NCBI GenBank assembly: GCA_038153405.1
Contig: JAYOYH010000001.1
Location: 128,156-192,155 of the forward strand
Length of the DNA: 64,000 nt
Direction: 5' to 3'
From: Gemmatimonadota bacterium
GTDB lineage: Bacteria; Latescibacterota; UBA2968; UBA8231
Both the position numbers and the translations under genes were made by a program. The notes beneath the pieces were generated by a model. It was not told where the DNA came from, made no database searches, and was given only the letters and a program-made list of their open reading frames with translations. Numbering within the stretch: position 1 is the stretch's first letter; each line of letters begins with the position of its first letter. Below are positions 20,057-29,615 of the stretch, piece after piece.

Positions 20057-21442
20057 CTACGCGTAGAACAAGCGAGGCAAGTAGGTAGCCAACTCGGGGT
20101 AAAACCACAGGGACAGCAGCAGAATGCACTGTATGGCGATAAAGGGAATCGCGCCCCTGTATATCTGCGGCGTGCTAATAGAGGGTGGGGCTACGCCGCG
20201 CAGGTAGAATAGTGAAAAGCCAAAGGGCGGCGTCAAGAAAGAGGTCTGCAGGTTGAGGGCGATCATTACGCCAAACCATATGGGATCGAGTCCCATGGCC
20301 AGCAAGACGGGGCCGACGATGGGGACGACGACAAAGATGATTTCGAAAAAGTCGAGAAAAAATCCCAGCAGAAACATGGCGATCATTACCACGAGAAAAG
20401 AAACGGCTACGCCGCCTTGCATGGAGTGCAGGTAATGTGCGACGATATCGTCTCCACCGTAGCCGCGGAAGACCAGCGAGAAAAACGAAGCGCCAATGAG
20501 AATGGTGAAGACCATGGCGTTGATCTCGGTCGTCGAGCGCATAACGTCGCGCAGCGTCTTGCGGTCGAAGTGGCCCTTGATGGCCGATAGCGCGATGGCG
20601 CCGACTGCGCCGACGGAGGCCGCTTCCGTCGGGGTGGCTACGCCGAGAAGAATGGAGCCGAGCACGCCGGCGATGAGCAGCAAGGGAGGGGCCAGGGCGC
20701 TGGCCAGGTGGCGCAAAAACGCAGGGTTGCTCAGGTACTGGCGCTCTTGTTCTGGAATGGGTGGGACCGAATCCGGTCGCACGATGCCGAGGGCAATGAT
20801 GTACAGCACGTAGAGCACCATCAGCAGCACGCCGGGCAGCAGGGCCCCCATAAACAGATCGCCGACGGATATCGAGGTCGGCGAGAAGTTGCCGAGTTTG
20901 AGCTGGGCCTGCTGATGAGCCGACGAGACTACGTCGCCGAGAATGACCAGTACAATGCTGGGCGGAATGATTTGCCCCAGCGTGCCCGACGCGCAAATAA
21001 TGCCCGTCGATAGCTCCGGCGAGTAGGCGCGCCGCTGCATGGCCGGCAGCGAAATGAGGCCCATGGTGACAACGGTGGCGCCGACAATGCCCGTGGACGC
21101 GGCCAGCAGGCCACCTACCAGACAAACGGAAATGCCGAGGCCGCCGCGCAGACCGCCGAAGAGCTGCGACATCGTCTCGAGCAGGTCTTCGGCGATTTTT
21201 GAGCGCTCCAGCACGACGCCCATAAAAACGAATAGCGGAACGGCAACGAGCGTTTCGTTGCTCATAATACCGTAAATGCGCGAAGGGAGGGCGGAGAGAA
21301 ACGCCGCGTCGAAATGGCCGGTCAGCAAACCGAGTCCAGCAAAGAGCAGCGCTGTGCCCGCCAAGCAGAAAGCGACGGGAAAGCCGGACAGCAATATGAT
21401 GAGGGTGGCGGCAAACATCGCCAGCGGATAGAGCTCGCTCAT
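20057..21442 (-). CDS. dctM: TRAP transporter large permease
   Basis: AVPLFVFMG, GTLGQIIPPS, TPTEAA and LTPPFG motifs; start MSELYPL. Confidence 0.92.
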   Translation of the reverse strand: MSELYPLAMFAATLIILLSGFPVAFCLAGTALLFAGLGLLTGHFDAAFLSALPSRIYGIMSNETLVAVPLFVFMGVVLERSKIAEDLLETMSQLFGGLRGGLGISVCLVGGLLAASTGIVGATVVTMGLISLPAMQRRAYSPELSTGIICASGTLGQIIPPSIVLVILGDVVSSAHQQAQLKLGNFSPTSISVGDLFMGALLPGVLLMVLYVLYIIALGIVRPDSVPPIPEQERQYLSNPAFLRHLASALAPPLLLIAGVLGSILLGVATPTEAASVGAVGAIALSAIKGHFDRKTLRDVMRSTTEINAMVFTILIGASFFSLVFRGYGGDDIVAHYLHSMQGGVAVSFLVVMIAMFLLGFFLDFFEIIFVVVPIVGPVLLAMGLDPIWFGVMIALNLQTSFLTPPFGFSLFYLRGVAPPSISTPQIYRGAIPFIAIQCILLLSLWFYPELATYLPRLFYA

Positions 21443-21918
21443 GGCGCGGTGCGCAGCGTGGCTATGCTCTGGCGTATCGTGGCGATACCCTGCCCAAAGA
21501 GCAGCAGGCAAAAGAGGGGAATCGACGTTTTGAGCAGATAAACGGCTTCAAGGCCGCCGCCGTCTTTCGATCCTTCGAATACGGACCAAGAGGCTATGAC
21601 GTAGGGCAGCGATTGGTAGAAGAGAACGGCGCAGGTGGGGATCAGCAAGAACGCGCTGCCCAAGAGGTTGACCCATGCCTTGCGGCGCGCGGATGCCGGC
21701 CGATAAAAGATGTCGACGCGCACGTGCTCGTCGCGCGCCAGCGCATAGCCAGCAGCCAGCAAAAACGTGAAGGCGTGCAGGTAGAGCACGATCTCCTGCA
21801 TCCAGACCCAACCCCGCTCAAAGGCGTAGCGCAGGATGACGATGGCAAAAGTGATCAGCACCATGCCCAGCGTGCACCAAGGAATAGTGCGGCCGATCAG
21901 TTTGTTGAGGCGCTGCAT
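21439..21918 (-). CDS. dctQ: TRAP transporter small permease
   Basis: Four TM segments, EHVRVDIFY motif, TRAP context. Confidence 0.9.
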   Translation of the reverse strand: MQRLNKLIGRTIPWCTLGMVLITFAIVILRYAFERGWVWMQEIVLYLHAFTFLLAAGYALARDEHVRVDIFYRPASARRKAWVNLLGSAFLLIPTCAVLFYQSLPYVIASWSVFEGSKDGGGLEAVYLLKTSIPLFCLLLFGQGIATIRQSIATLRTAP

Positions 21919-23042
21919 CAGGCCTGCGTCAGTGCCCGCGCCAGCGTGTAGGCCTCTTCGGAAATCCGCGTGTAGGAGACGGACTGTGCGCGGAAAGCAT
22001 TAAATGAGCCGTAGACCTTGTTGGAGAGTGGATCTTTTGCCGCGATTTCGCTGACTACGTCGCGCGCCACGCGGCCGATGGCTTCGAGTACTTCATCGGA
22101 GAACCGCTTGAGCTGCACGCCGTGCTCGTCGACGAGCGTTTTGAGCGCGATGCCGTTGCGCGTAGTAAACTCGGCTAGCATGTCTTCGTTGGTCGACTGG
22201 CAGGCGTAGCGCACGATGTGCTGCAATTCGCTGGGCAGGGCATCCCACGCCTCTTTGTTAATCATCGCCTCCATGGTGGTGCCGGGTTCGTGCCAGCCGG
22301 GCCAGTAGTAAAACTTGGCCGCTTGGTGGAAGCCAAAGGCCAGGTCATTGTAGGGGCCAACCCATTCTGTCGCATCAATTGCCCCGGTTTTGAGCGCTTG
22401 GAAAATCTCGCCGCCCGGCAGGTTTTGCACTGTGGCGTTCAGGCGGCGCAGCACCTCGCCGCCCAGGCCGGGCATGCGCATCACAAGGCCGGAGAAATCG
22501 TCGAGTGCATTGATCTCGCGGTTGAACCAGCCGCCCATTTGCACACCGGTGTTGCCGGCCGGAAAGGCCTTCAGGCCAAAGCCGGCATACAGTTCGTCCC
22601 ACAGTTCCTGCCCGCCCCCGTAGTATAGCCACCCGTTGATCTCCTGAGCGGTCAAGCCAAAAGGCACGGCGGAGAAAAACTGCGTCGCCTCGTGCTTGCC
22701 CTTCCAATAATAGGCGCTGGCGTGTCCCATTTCTGCCGTGCCGCCGGCTACGCTGTCAAAAACGCCCATGGCTGGAACCAACTCGCCGGCACCGTACACC
22801 TTAACTTCGAGTTGTCCACCGGACATTTCGCCAATAATGCGCGCAAGGCGGTTGGCCCCCGTGCCCAGACCGGGGAAATCCTTGGGCCAGGTGGTGACCA
22901 TTTTCCATTTGCGGCGTTTGCGCGTTTGTACGGCAGGGCCGCTCTGTTCCTGGGCCTGTCCGCAGGCGACCAAAGCCGCTGAGGCGGCCAGCGGCGCCTG
23001 GTGCAGAAAGCGGCGACGCGAAGTGTTGCGATGCTCTTGCAT
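21918..23042 (-). CDS. dctP: TRAP solute-binding protein (TakP-like), Tat-exported lipoprotein
   Basis: SRRRFL Tat motif and LVA-C. WKMVTTWP, GNTGVQMGGWF, MRMPGLG and EWVGPYND motifs. Confidence 0.9.
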   Translation of the reverse strand: MQEHRNTSRRRFLHQAPLAASAALVACGQAQEQSGPAVQTRKRRKWKMVTTWPKDFPGLGTGANRLARIIGEMSGGQLEVKVYGAGELVPAMGVFDSVAGGTAEMGHASAYYWKGKHEATQFFSAVPFGLTAQEINGWLYYGGGQELWDELYAGFGLKAFPAGNTGVQMGGWFNREINALDDFSGLVMRMPGLGGEVLRRLNATVQNLPGGEIFQALKTGAIDATEWVGPYNDLAFGFHQAAKFYYWPGWHEPGTTMEAMINKEAWDALPSELQHIVRYACQSTNEDMLAEFTTRNGIALKTLVDEHGVQLKRFSDEVLEAIGRVARDVVSEIAAKDPLSNKVYGSFNAFRAQSVSYTRISEEAYTLARALTQA

Positions 23043-23092
23043 AATATCTTGGCTCTTGGTGCGAGGTGACATGCGGTCGGTGGAGATAGGAA

Positions 23093-23779
23093 TTAACTGC
23101 GTTCGATCAGGCGGCATGTGCCATCGTCGGCGCCAACGATGACCAGGTCGGTCAGGCCGATGAATAGGCCATTTTCGACGACTCCGGGCAGCGCGTTGAT
23201 CCAGCGTTCGCTCTCGGCGCCGTCGGCAATGCCGGCGGGGAAGGCGCAGTCGATGATAAAGTTGCCGTTGTCGGTTTTAAACGTTTCGCCGTCTGCGCTC
23301 TGGCGCAGAGAGGGTCGCAGGTTGCGTTCGATAAAGGCGCGGTGGATCAACGGCCAGGCAAAGGGAATCACTTCGACGGGCAGCGGGGCCTTGGTGCCGA
23401 GTTGGTCGACCAGTTTGGATTCGTCGACGATGATTATTTGGCGAGTAGTGGCCGAGGCGACGATTTTTTCGCGCAGCAGCGCACCGCCCAAACCTTTGAT
23501 CAGATCGAGTTGGGGGTCGACTTCGTCGGCTCCATCGATGGTCACGTCGACCACGGACTCTTCTTCTAAGCTGACGACGTCGATGCCGAGTGACTGCGCC
23601 AGCTTTGTCGAGGCGATCGAAGTAGACACGGCGGTTATGCGCAAGCCTTCGTCGACGCGCCCGCCCAGTGCGCGGATGGCGTATTCTGCCGTCGAGCCCG
23701 TTCCAAGTCCGACGACCATGCCGCTCTTAACGTATTCGGCGGCTTTATTACCCGCCGCTTCTTTGGCGTTCATAGACAA
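23093..23779 (-). CDS. rpiA: Ribose-5-phosphate isomerase A
   Basis: GLGTGST, DGADEVD, KGLGGALLREK, TDNGN and GVVENGLF motifs. Confidence 0.96.
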   Translation of the reverse strand: MSMNAKEAAGNKAAEYVKSGMVVGLGTGSTAEYAIRALGGRVDEGLRITAVSTSIASTKLAQSLGIDVVSLEEESVVDVTIDGADEVDPQLDLIKGLGGALLREKIVASATTRQIIIVDESKLVDQLGTKAPLPVEVIPFAWPLIHRAFIERNLRPSLRQSADGETFKTDNGNFIIDCAFPAGIADGAESERWINALPGVVENGLFIGLTDLVIVGADDGTCRLIERS

Positions 23780-23784
23780 TCCTT

Positions 23785-24252
23785 TTACAGGCGCATCACG
23801 TAGTGGATTTGCTGCGCAACTTCTTCAAAGCCGACGTCGGGATACAGATGTGAGCCGATGGAATTTTGTGCGAGCGTTTCGATTTTTGCGCACTCCATGC
23901 CCTCGCTGCGCATGAAGTGGAGCGCGCACTCCAGCAATTGGCGTCCGATGCCCTTGCCCTGCAGGGCCGGATCAACCGCGATGTTGGGAATGCCACCGAT
24001 TTTGCTCTCGCGGTCGATGCGCGTCGTCACATAGCCGCCCACTTGGCCATCTTGCTCCCAGACAAAAACGCCGCGCGCGCGATCTCCCTGCACGTCGTCG
24101 TCGATATGGCGCAGTTTGCGCCAGCGCCAATCGCGGTCGCCAATGAGGCCAAAGCGCTCCTCGATATTGCGGTCGATCGACACGCCGTCAAAGCAGATGG
24201 CCGTTATTTCTTTTAACCGTTCTAGGTCTTTTGTCTGATAGAGCCTGATCAT
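23785..24252 (-). CDS. GNAT-family acetyltransferase
   Basis: Start MIRLYQ; IAVDPALQGKGIGRQLL motif A; LYPDVGF. Confidence 0.85.
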   Translation of the reverse strand: MIRLYQTKDLERLKEITAICFDGVSIDRNIEERFGLIGDRDWRWRKLRHIDDDVQGDRARGVFVWEQDGQVGGYVTTRIDRESKIGGIPNIAVDPALQGKGIGRQLLECALHFMRSEGMECAKIETLAQNSIGSHLYPDVGFEEVAQQIHYVMRL

Positions 24253-24253
24253 A

Positions 24254-24292
24254 ATGGGCCTATAATATGGCCCATGGAACTTTTGCCAGCAA
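24254..24292 (-). promoter_or_regulatory. sigma70-type promoter with an inverted repeat around the -10
   Basis: TTGCTG-N17-CATATT on the minus strand; ATGGGCC-N8-GGCCCAT at 24254-24275. Confidence 0.45.
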
Positions 24293-24307
24293 GCACCTGC
24301 CAGCCCA

Positions 24308-25483
24308 TTAGCTCGTCGTCGGTGCTGCGCTGGCAACCCGCAGCGCATCGGCAAAGAATTTCGTCGACCAGTTGAGGATGGCATGTGGCACGTAGGCACC
24401 GCCAATGGGAAAGGACGAGGGCAGCCCGCCGCGAATGCCGGGGTGGCGCGCGCGAAGAGATTGGTGCGTTTTGAGGCGATCGACGAGGGCGTGGGCAATT
24501 CGGTGCAGCGGGCTGCTAGGCGCATCGCCCAGGGCAAAGAGCACGATGGCCAGTTGGGCATTGCCCGTCAGGCACATGTGGTTGGCGCGTCCGCTCCACG
24601 CTGCATCGAGTGCCGCCGGCACAAAGCCGGTCGTGCCCATCTGCGGTTGGGCCTGCAGAAGGCCGTCGACGGCCCGCTGCACGGCGCTGCGGACGGTGTG
24701 GCCGTCGCCGCTGAGCAGGCGCGCGCATTCGAGCAGTCCGCGCAGCGTGTAGGCGATGGTGTGGGTGATGGGATATTGGCCCGGTTGCAGGGCCATGTGG
24801 GGAAAAAAACCGCTGCCCTGTTGCAGCGGAAGTAGCCAGTTGACAAAGGCCTGTGCCGCGCGGCGGTAGCGCTCATCGCCGCACAGGTCAAAAACCTCTA
24901 AGAGCGGCCAGGCCACCCGTGCGTGGTAGGCGCGGGGTGCGTCCAGATACGTATGGCGCGTCCATTTACCGTCGTCATCCTGCACGTCGAGCAGCCAATC
25001 GGCCGCGCGCCGCGCCGCATCGAGGTAGCGCTCATCGCCTGCGTGGCGATACAGCGCAGTCCACCCCAAAATGACCTGGCCCGTATTGAAGACGATGGGA
25101 TAGTCGTTGAGGCCGATGCCGCCGCGCACAGCGCCCGAGGGCAATTGAATGGCGATTTCCCAATTGCCCATGCGCTGGGCGCGTTCGATGAAATGGGGGT
25201 GGTTTGGGGAGCATGCCAGTAGGGTCGGTATAATGTAGCCCGTTGTTTCCGGATAGGGAGGCATCCAACCGCGGCGCATAAAATAGCCCGCCGAAACGCC
25301 CTGACCGCCGCCGGCATCGTGGGCGCGACACAGCCAGTCGAGCGCGCCCTGCAGGTGCTCGCTGGCGTCGTGCACCTGGTGCTGTCGGTCGGGCCGCAAG
25401 AGCAGAGGCCAGTGGCCTGGCCTTCCCACCAGATGGCCACACTCGTAGAGTGCTATGGCGAGTTGCTTGGCGGTTAGCAGCAT
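24308..25483 (-). CDS. Uncharacterised alpha/alpha-barrel protein of the kind seen in polysaccharide loci
   Basis: WLCRAHD..GGVSAGY, PYPETTGY, and repeated WLxxxQxxxG motifs (QLPSGA, QDDDGKW, QQGSGFF). Confidence 0.65.
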   Translation of the reverse strand: MLLTAKQLAIALYECGHLVGRPGHWPLLLRPDRQHQVHDASEHLQGALDWLCRAHDAGGGQGVSAGYFMRRGWMPPYPETTGYIIPTLLACSPNHPHFIERAQRMGNWEIAIQLPSGAVRGGIGLNDYPIVFNTGQVILGWTALYRHAGDERYLDAARRAADWLLDVQDDDGKWTRHTYLDAPRAYHARVAWPLLEVFDLCGDERYRRAAQAFVNWLLPLQQGSGFFPHMALQPGQYPITHTIAYTLRGLLECARLLSGDGHTVRSAVQRAVDGLLQAQPQMGTTGFVPAALDAAWSGRANHMCLTGNAQLAIVLFALGDAPSSPLHRIAHALVDRLKTHQSLRARHPGIRGGLPSSFPIGGAYVPHAILNWSTKFFADALRVASAAPTTS

Positions 25484-25586
25484 GGGAGATCGCGTATAAG
25501 AAGGGTCAATGCACTTTGCTATGATTGGAATAACATAATATTTTTCAGTGTATTATGACAGAGCACTTAGCCCCCCAGGGCGCTGT

Positions 25587-26516
25587 ATGATGAGGGAATT
25601 AGCGCGGCGCGCACTGCCGGAGTCGGCCTACTTGCTCGGGCGGCGCTGGGCGCGCCGCCTGCGTCGTCGGGCGGTCCTGCAGCCGCTGGGAGAAGACGAA
25701 TTACTGGAGGTGTTGCGCGGCGGGCTGGGCGTGCGCGAGGGCGAATTGGCCATGGTTCACAGTTCGGTCGACCACCTGCAGCTCGGCTTTTCTTTTACCC
25801 GCTTGTTGCCCCTGCTGCGCGGTGTCGTCGGTGCTGAGGGCACGCTGCTCTTTCCCGCCACCCACTTGCTCGAACGGCCCGAGTGCTGGCTCGAACGCGG
25901 CGAGGTATTTGACGTGCAGCGCGCACCGACTTCGATGGGCCTGTTGCCCGAATTGGCGCGCCGTCAGGCCGATGCCGCGCGCAGCATGCATCCCACCCAT
26001 TCGGTCGTAGCAGTGGGGCCATTGGCCACTAGCCTAGTGGAAACGCATCACTGCGATATCTATCCGTGCGGCGAGCAGAGTCCCTATTATCAGGTGGCTG
26101 CGCGCGGCGGAACGATTTTAGGTTTAGGTGTCGATACAGATGTCCTCACGCTGGTTCACTGCATTGAGGATATTTGGCGCGCGCGCTTTCCCGTGGCTAC
26201 CCACCGCGAGCGCATTTACGAGGCCAGCGTGCGCACGTCAGCAGGCGAAGAGCATACGGTGCGCACGCTGGTGGCTCATCCGCGCATTCGCTGGCGTCGC
26301 ATGCGCGAATTTATGCGCCAGCACGTGGGCAGCGAAATTTGCCGACGCATAGAAGTGGCGGGCCGACCCTTTTATCGGGCCGATGCGGCCGGGCTAGTGC
26401 AGCGCATGGAAGTGCTGGCCGAGCGCGGCATTACGATGTACCGGCGCGGCATCTACCGGGGGCATGCGCTGGAGCCGCTCCTGAGTCGCTGGGCAGAAAA
26501 ACTGGAGGAGAGATGA
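25587..26516 (+). CDS. AAC(3)-family acyltransferase
   Basis: MVHSS, GTLLFP, MGLLPE, RSMHPTHS, LGV and TLVHCIE motifs; alternative start at 25548. Confidence 0.85.
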   Translation: MMRELARRALPESAYLLGRRWARRLRRRAVLQPLGEDELLEVLRGGLGVREGELAMVHSSVDHLQLGFSFTRLLPLLRGVVGAEGTLLFPATHLLERPECWLERGEVFDVQRAPTSMGLLPELARRQADAARSMHPTHSVVAVGPLATSLVETHHCDIYPCGEQSPYYQVAARGGTILGLGVDTDVLTLVHCIEDIWRARFPVATHRERIYEASVRTSAGEEHTVRTLVAHPRIRWRRMREFMRQHVGSEICRRIEVAGRPFYRADAAGLVQRMEVLAERGITMYRRGIYRGHALEPLLSRWAEKLEER

Positions 26517-26806
26517 GTGCAGATGCGGGTGTGGTAGAGCAGGTCGTCGCGGCGGCCATCGCGGAACTCAACTTGCAGCGCGGCGCCGATGAAAAGCTCG
26601 GCGATGGTCCCAGTGCCCTGCTTTTTGGCGATGGCGGTCCCCTCGACTCACTGGGATTAGTCCTGCTCATTGCCGAATTGGAAAATGGGCTTGAACAGGC
26701 CTGCGGCGTGCGCATCAATTTGGCCGACGAAGCGCTATTGGAGGCCGAAGATATGCCTTTCCGCAGCGTTGGAACGCTGCAAAAGTACTTGATTAACTTG
26801 CCGTGA
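26513..26806 (+). CDS. Acyl carrier protein
   Basis: 97 aa, acidic, LFG.GGPLDSLGLV Ppant site, PFRSVGTL; ATGA-coupled to the AAC(3) gene. Confidence 0.88.
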   Translation: MSADAGVVEQVVAAAIAELNLQRGADEKLGDGPSALLFGDGGPLDSLGLVLLIAELENGLEQACGVRINLADEALLEAEDMPFRSVGTLQKYLINLP

Positions 26807-26816
26807 GGGCACCGCA

Positions 26817-28484
26817 TTGACGCAGATCTGTTTACTCGTTTCCGACTTTAATATCGCTCCGTTGGCCGGCTATTTACGCAACGATGAGGAGCTGCCCATC
26901 GTCGATGTGGTCGAGGCACCGCACGGCGTCGTCGAACCCGTTTTTCTGTCCGAGCACTCCGTGTGGCAGCGCGTGCCGGTCGACGCAGTCGCCCTGGTAT
27001 GGACGCGCCCCGAAGCCATCGCACCGTCCTTTGTCCAGCTACTGCGCGGTGTCCCGCCCCCGGCCGATGTGCTCGAGGGGGAAGTCGACCGCTTTGTCGA
27101 TTTATTGCTCGGCGCTGGGCCGCGCCTGCGCGGCCTATTGGTACCGCTGTGGACCCTGCCTCCATCGGCGCGGGCCGCCGGCATCGGCGATTTTAAGGTG
27201 GGGGGGTGCCAGTGGGCGGTGCAGTGCATGAACGCGCGTCTGGTGCAACGGGCGAGTGAGAGCGCGCTGCTGCACGTACTCGATGCGCAGACGGTGCTGG
27301 CCGCCACCAAGGGGCGCAGCTACGACGCCAAGCTATGGCATAGGGGAAAAATCGCCTTTGCCAATCCCGCACTGCGCCAGCTCGTCGGCGAAGTGAAGGC
27401 CGCGCTGCGCGCCGTGGACGGTCGAGGGAAAAAGCTCGTCGTAGTGGATCTGGACGATACGCTGTGGGGTGGTAGCGTGGGCGAGGTTGGTTGGCAGCAT
27501 CTCAAATTGGGTGGCCACGACTACGTCGGTGAAGCGCACGTCGAATTCCAGCACGCGCTCAAGGGGTTGGCCCAGCGCGGCGTGCTGTTGGCCATTGCCA
27601 GCCGCAACGAAGAGGACGTGGCGCTGCAGGCCATCGATAGCCATCCCGAGATGGTGCTCAGGCGCGGCGATTTTGCCGCCTGGCGCATTGGCTGGGGCGA
27701 TAAGGCGGCCAGCGTTGCCGCGCTGGTCGAAGAGCTCAACATCGGTCTGCAGGACGCGGTCTTTATCGACGACCACCCGGCCGAGCGCGCCCGCGTGCGC
27801 GAGGCGCTGCCCGAGGTGCTGGTGCCCGAGTGGCCGGCCGATCCGGCCTTCTACGCCGAGGCGCTGGCGGGACTGCGCGCCTTTGACAGCGTGGGGTTGA
27901 GCCGAGAAGATCTCGAGCGCACGCGGCTCTATGCCGACGAGCGCAGGCGCCGACAAGCGCGCCATGCCATTGTCTCGCTAGATGATTGGTTGGCCGGCCT
28001 GCAGATGGCGGTGCGCGCCGAAGCGCTGGATGGGGCAAGCCTTGAACGGGCTGCGCAACTGTTGAATAAGACCAATCAGATGAACCTGCGCACGCGCAGG
28101 CTCAGTGCCGAGCAGCTGGCGGCGTGGCCGCAGGAAGGGCGGCGCGAGATATGGACCTTTCGCGTGGCCGACCGCTTTGGCGATGCTGGGCTGTGCGGAC
28201 TGGTGGGGCTGGCCGCCGAGAAGAGCGGCGGATCGATTTGCGATTTCGTGCTCAGCTGCCGCGTCATGGGCCGTGGGGTAGAAGAAACGCTGCTGCACTT
28301 TGCCTCGCTGCGCGCGCGCGAAATGGGCTGGCAAGAACTGCTGGTCGAGGGGTTGCCCACGCCCAAGAACAAACCCTGCCTCGACTTTTTTGCCCGCGCG
28401 CTTGGCTCGGATACCGATGCGGCGTTGACTTGGTCTATCTGCGGCGAATTTGCCCTGCCCAACCACGTTCAACTGCACGCGTGA
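26817..28484 (+). CDS. FkbH-like HAD-IIIC protein (glyceryl-ACP forming)
   Basis: KLVVVDLDDTLWGG, ASRN, FIDD, KTNQMN, DRFGDAG and LSCRVMGRGVE motifs. Confidence 0.92.
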   Translation: MTQICLLVSDFNIAPLAGYLRNDEELPIVDVVEAPHGVVEPVFLSEHSVWQRVPVDAVALVWTRPEAIAPSFVQLLRGVPPPADVLEGEVDRFVDLLLGAGPRLRGLLVPLWTLPPSARAAGIGDFKVGGCQWAVQCMNARLVQRASESALLHVLDAQTVLAATKGRSYDAKLWHRGKIAFANPALRQLVGEVKAALRAVDGRGKKLVVVDLDDTLWGGSVGEVGWQHLKLGGHDYVGEAHVEFQHALKGLAQRGVLLAIASRNEEDVALQAIDSHPEMVLRRGDFAAWRIGWGDKAASVAALVEELNIGLQDAVFIDDHPAERARVREALPEVLVPEWPADPAFYAEALAGLRAFDSVGLSREDLERTRLYADERRRRQARHAIVSLDDWLAGLQMAVRAEALDGASLERAAQLLNKTNQMNLRTRRLSAEQLAAWPQEGRREIWTFRVADRFGDAGLCGLVGLAAEKSGGSICDFVLSCRVMGRGVEETLLHFASLRAREMGWQELLVEGLPTPKNKPCLDFFARALGSDTDAALTWSICGEFALPNHVQLHA

Positions 28485-29596
28485 AAACAGTCGCTCACTG
28501 CATATCGCCGTACCTACAAACGGCGGGCCCGTGGATCTACGAGCAGATCAATCGTGCGGCGCGCTACCGACCGATTGTGCTGACTCAGGGGGCGATTAAC
28601 CTGGATGCCTACCCGGTAAAGACGCTATACTCCGCCGAGCGTTTTTCCCCTGTGCAGCGGTTGTGCAATCGCCTGTGGCGCAGAACGCGCAACGAATACC
28701 TGTTTTACGCACCGATCATAGAGCGCGAGGGCGCCGCGCTGCTGCACGCCCACTTCGGCTACGAAGGCTGCCGCGTGCTGCGCGCCCAGCAGCGCAGCCG
28801 ACGACCGCTGCTGACGACGTTTTACGGGGCGGACGCGACGGAGTATCCGCGCTATGCGCGCTGGATGCGGCACTACCATCTCCTCTTTCAGCGCGGCGCG
28901 CTATTCCTGGCCGAGGGAGGTGCTATGGCTGAGCGCTTAGTTGCGCTGGGTTGTCCAGGCGACAAGGTGCGGGTGTGGCACCTGGGAGTCGACGTAGAGC
29001 GCATAGGCTTTGTCGAGCGGGAGCGAGGAGAGCGCGTGCGCCTGTTGATCTGCGCTGGCTTCAAGGAGAAAAAGGGCATTCCCCATGCTCTGCGCGGCCT
29101 AGCAAAGGCCCTGCATATCGCCCCTTTTGACTACGTCTTAACGCTGATTGGCGACGGCGAAGACCGCCGTGAGATCGAGCGGCTAGTCGATGCGCTGGGG
29201 CTGCGCGACCACACCGTGTTCCGCGGCATGCTACCCTATGCGCAGGTGGTCGACGAACTGCCGCAGCACGATATTTTGCTGCAGACCAGCATCACGGCAG
29301 CCAACGGCGATGGCGAAGGAGGGGCACCGGTTGTACTGCTGGATGCGCAGGCCTCGGGCATGCCGATCGTCGGCTCGACGCATGCCGATATTCCCGAATA
29401 CGTGCGCGATGGCGAGAGTGGTTTGCTCGCCGCAGAGGGCGATATCGAGGGCATAGCCGAGCGCATCGTCGACTTGGTAGCGCGCGCGCGGGAATGGCCG
29501 GCTATGGGGCGTGCCGGACGCCAGCACGTCGAGCGCCAATACAGCGCCCGGCGCCAGGTAGAGGCGCTGGAGGCCATTTACGACGAACTGCTCTAG
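28481..29596 (+). CDS. Glycosyltransferase family 4 (WcaL-like)
   Basis: GTG start at 28481; LHAHFG, FKEKKG, GDGEGGAPVVLLDAQASG and HADIPE motifs. Confidence 0.9.
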   Translation: MKTVAHCISPYLQTAGPWIYEQINRAARYRPIVLTQGAINLDAYPVKTLYSAERFSPVQRLCNRLWRRTRNEYLFYAPIIEREGAALLHAHFGYEGCRVLRAQQRSRRPLLTTFYGADATEYPRYARWMRHYHLLFQRGALFLAEGGAMAERLVALGCPGDKVRVWHLGVDVERIGFVERERGERVRLLICAGFKEKKGIPHALRGLAKALHIAPFDYVLTLIGDGEDRREIERLVDALGLRDHTVFRGMLPYAQVVDELPQHDILLQTSITAANGDGEGGAPVVLLDAQASGMPIVGSTHADIPEYVRDGESGLLAAEGDIEGIAERIVDLVARAREWPAMGRAGRQHVERQYSARRQVEALEAIYDELL

Positions 29597-29615
29597 CGGC
29601 GCTGGAGCGCGTCAC

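Noticed and set aside
25587..26516. AAC(3) as an aminoglycoside resistance gene
   Set aside because: It is coupled to ACP, FkbH and GT genes with no mobile context; a biosynthetic role fits better.
26513..28484. Polyketide or tetronate biosynthetic cluster
   Set aside because: No KS, FabH-like, AT or NRPS genes in the window.
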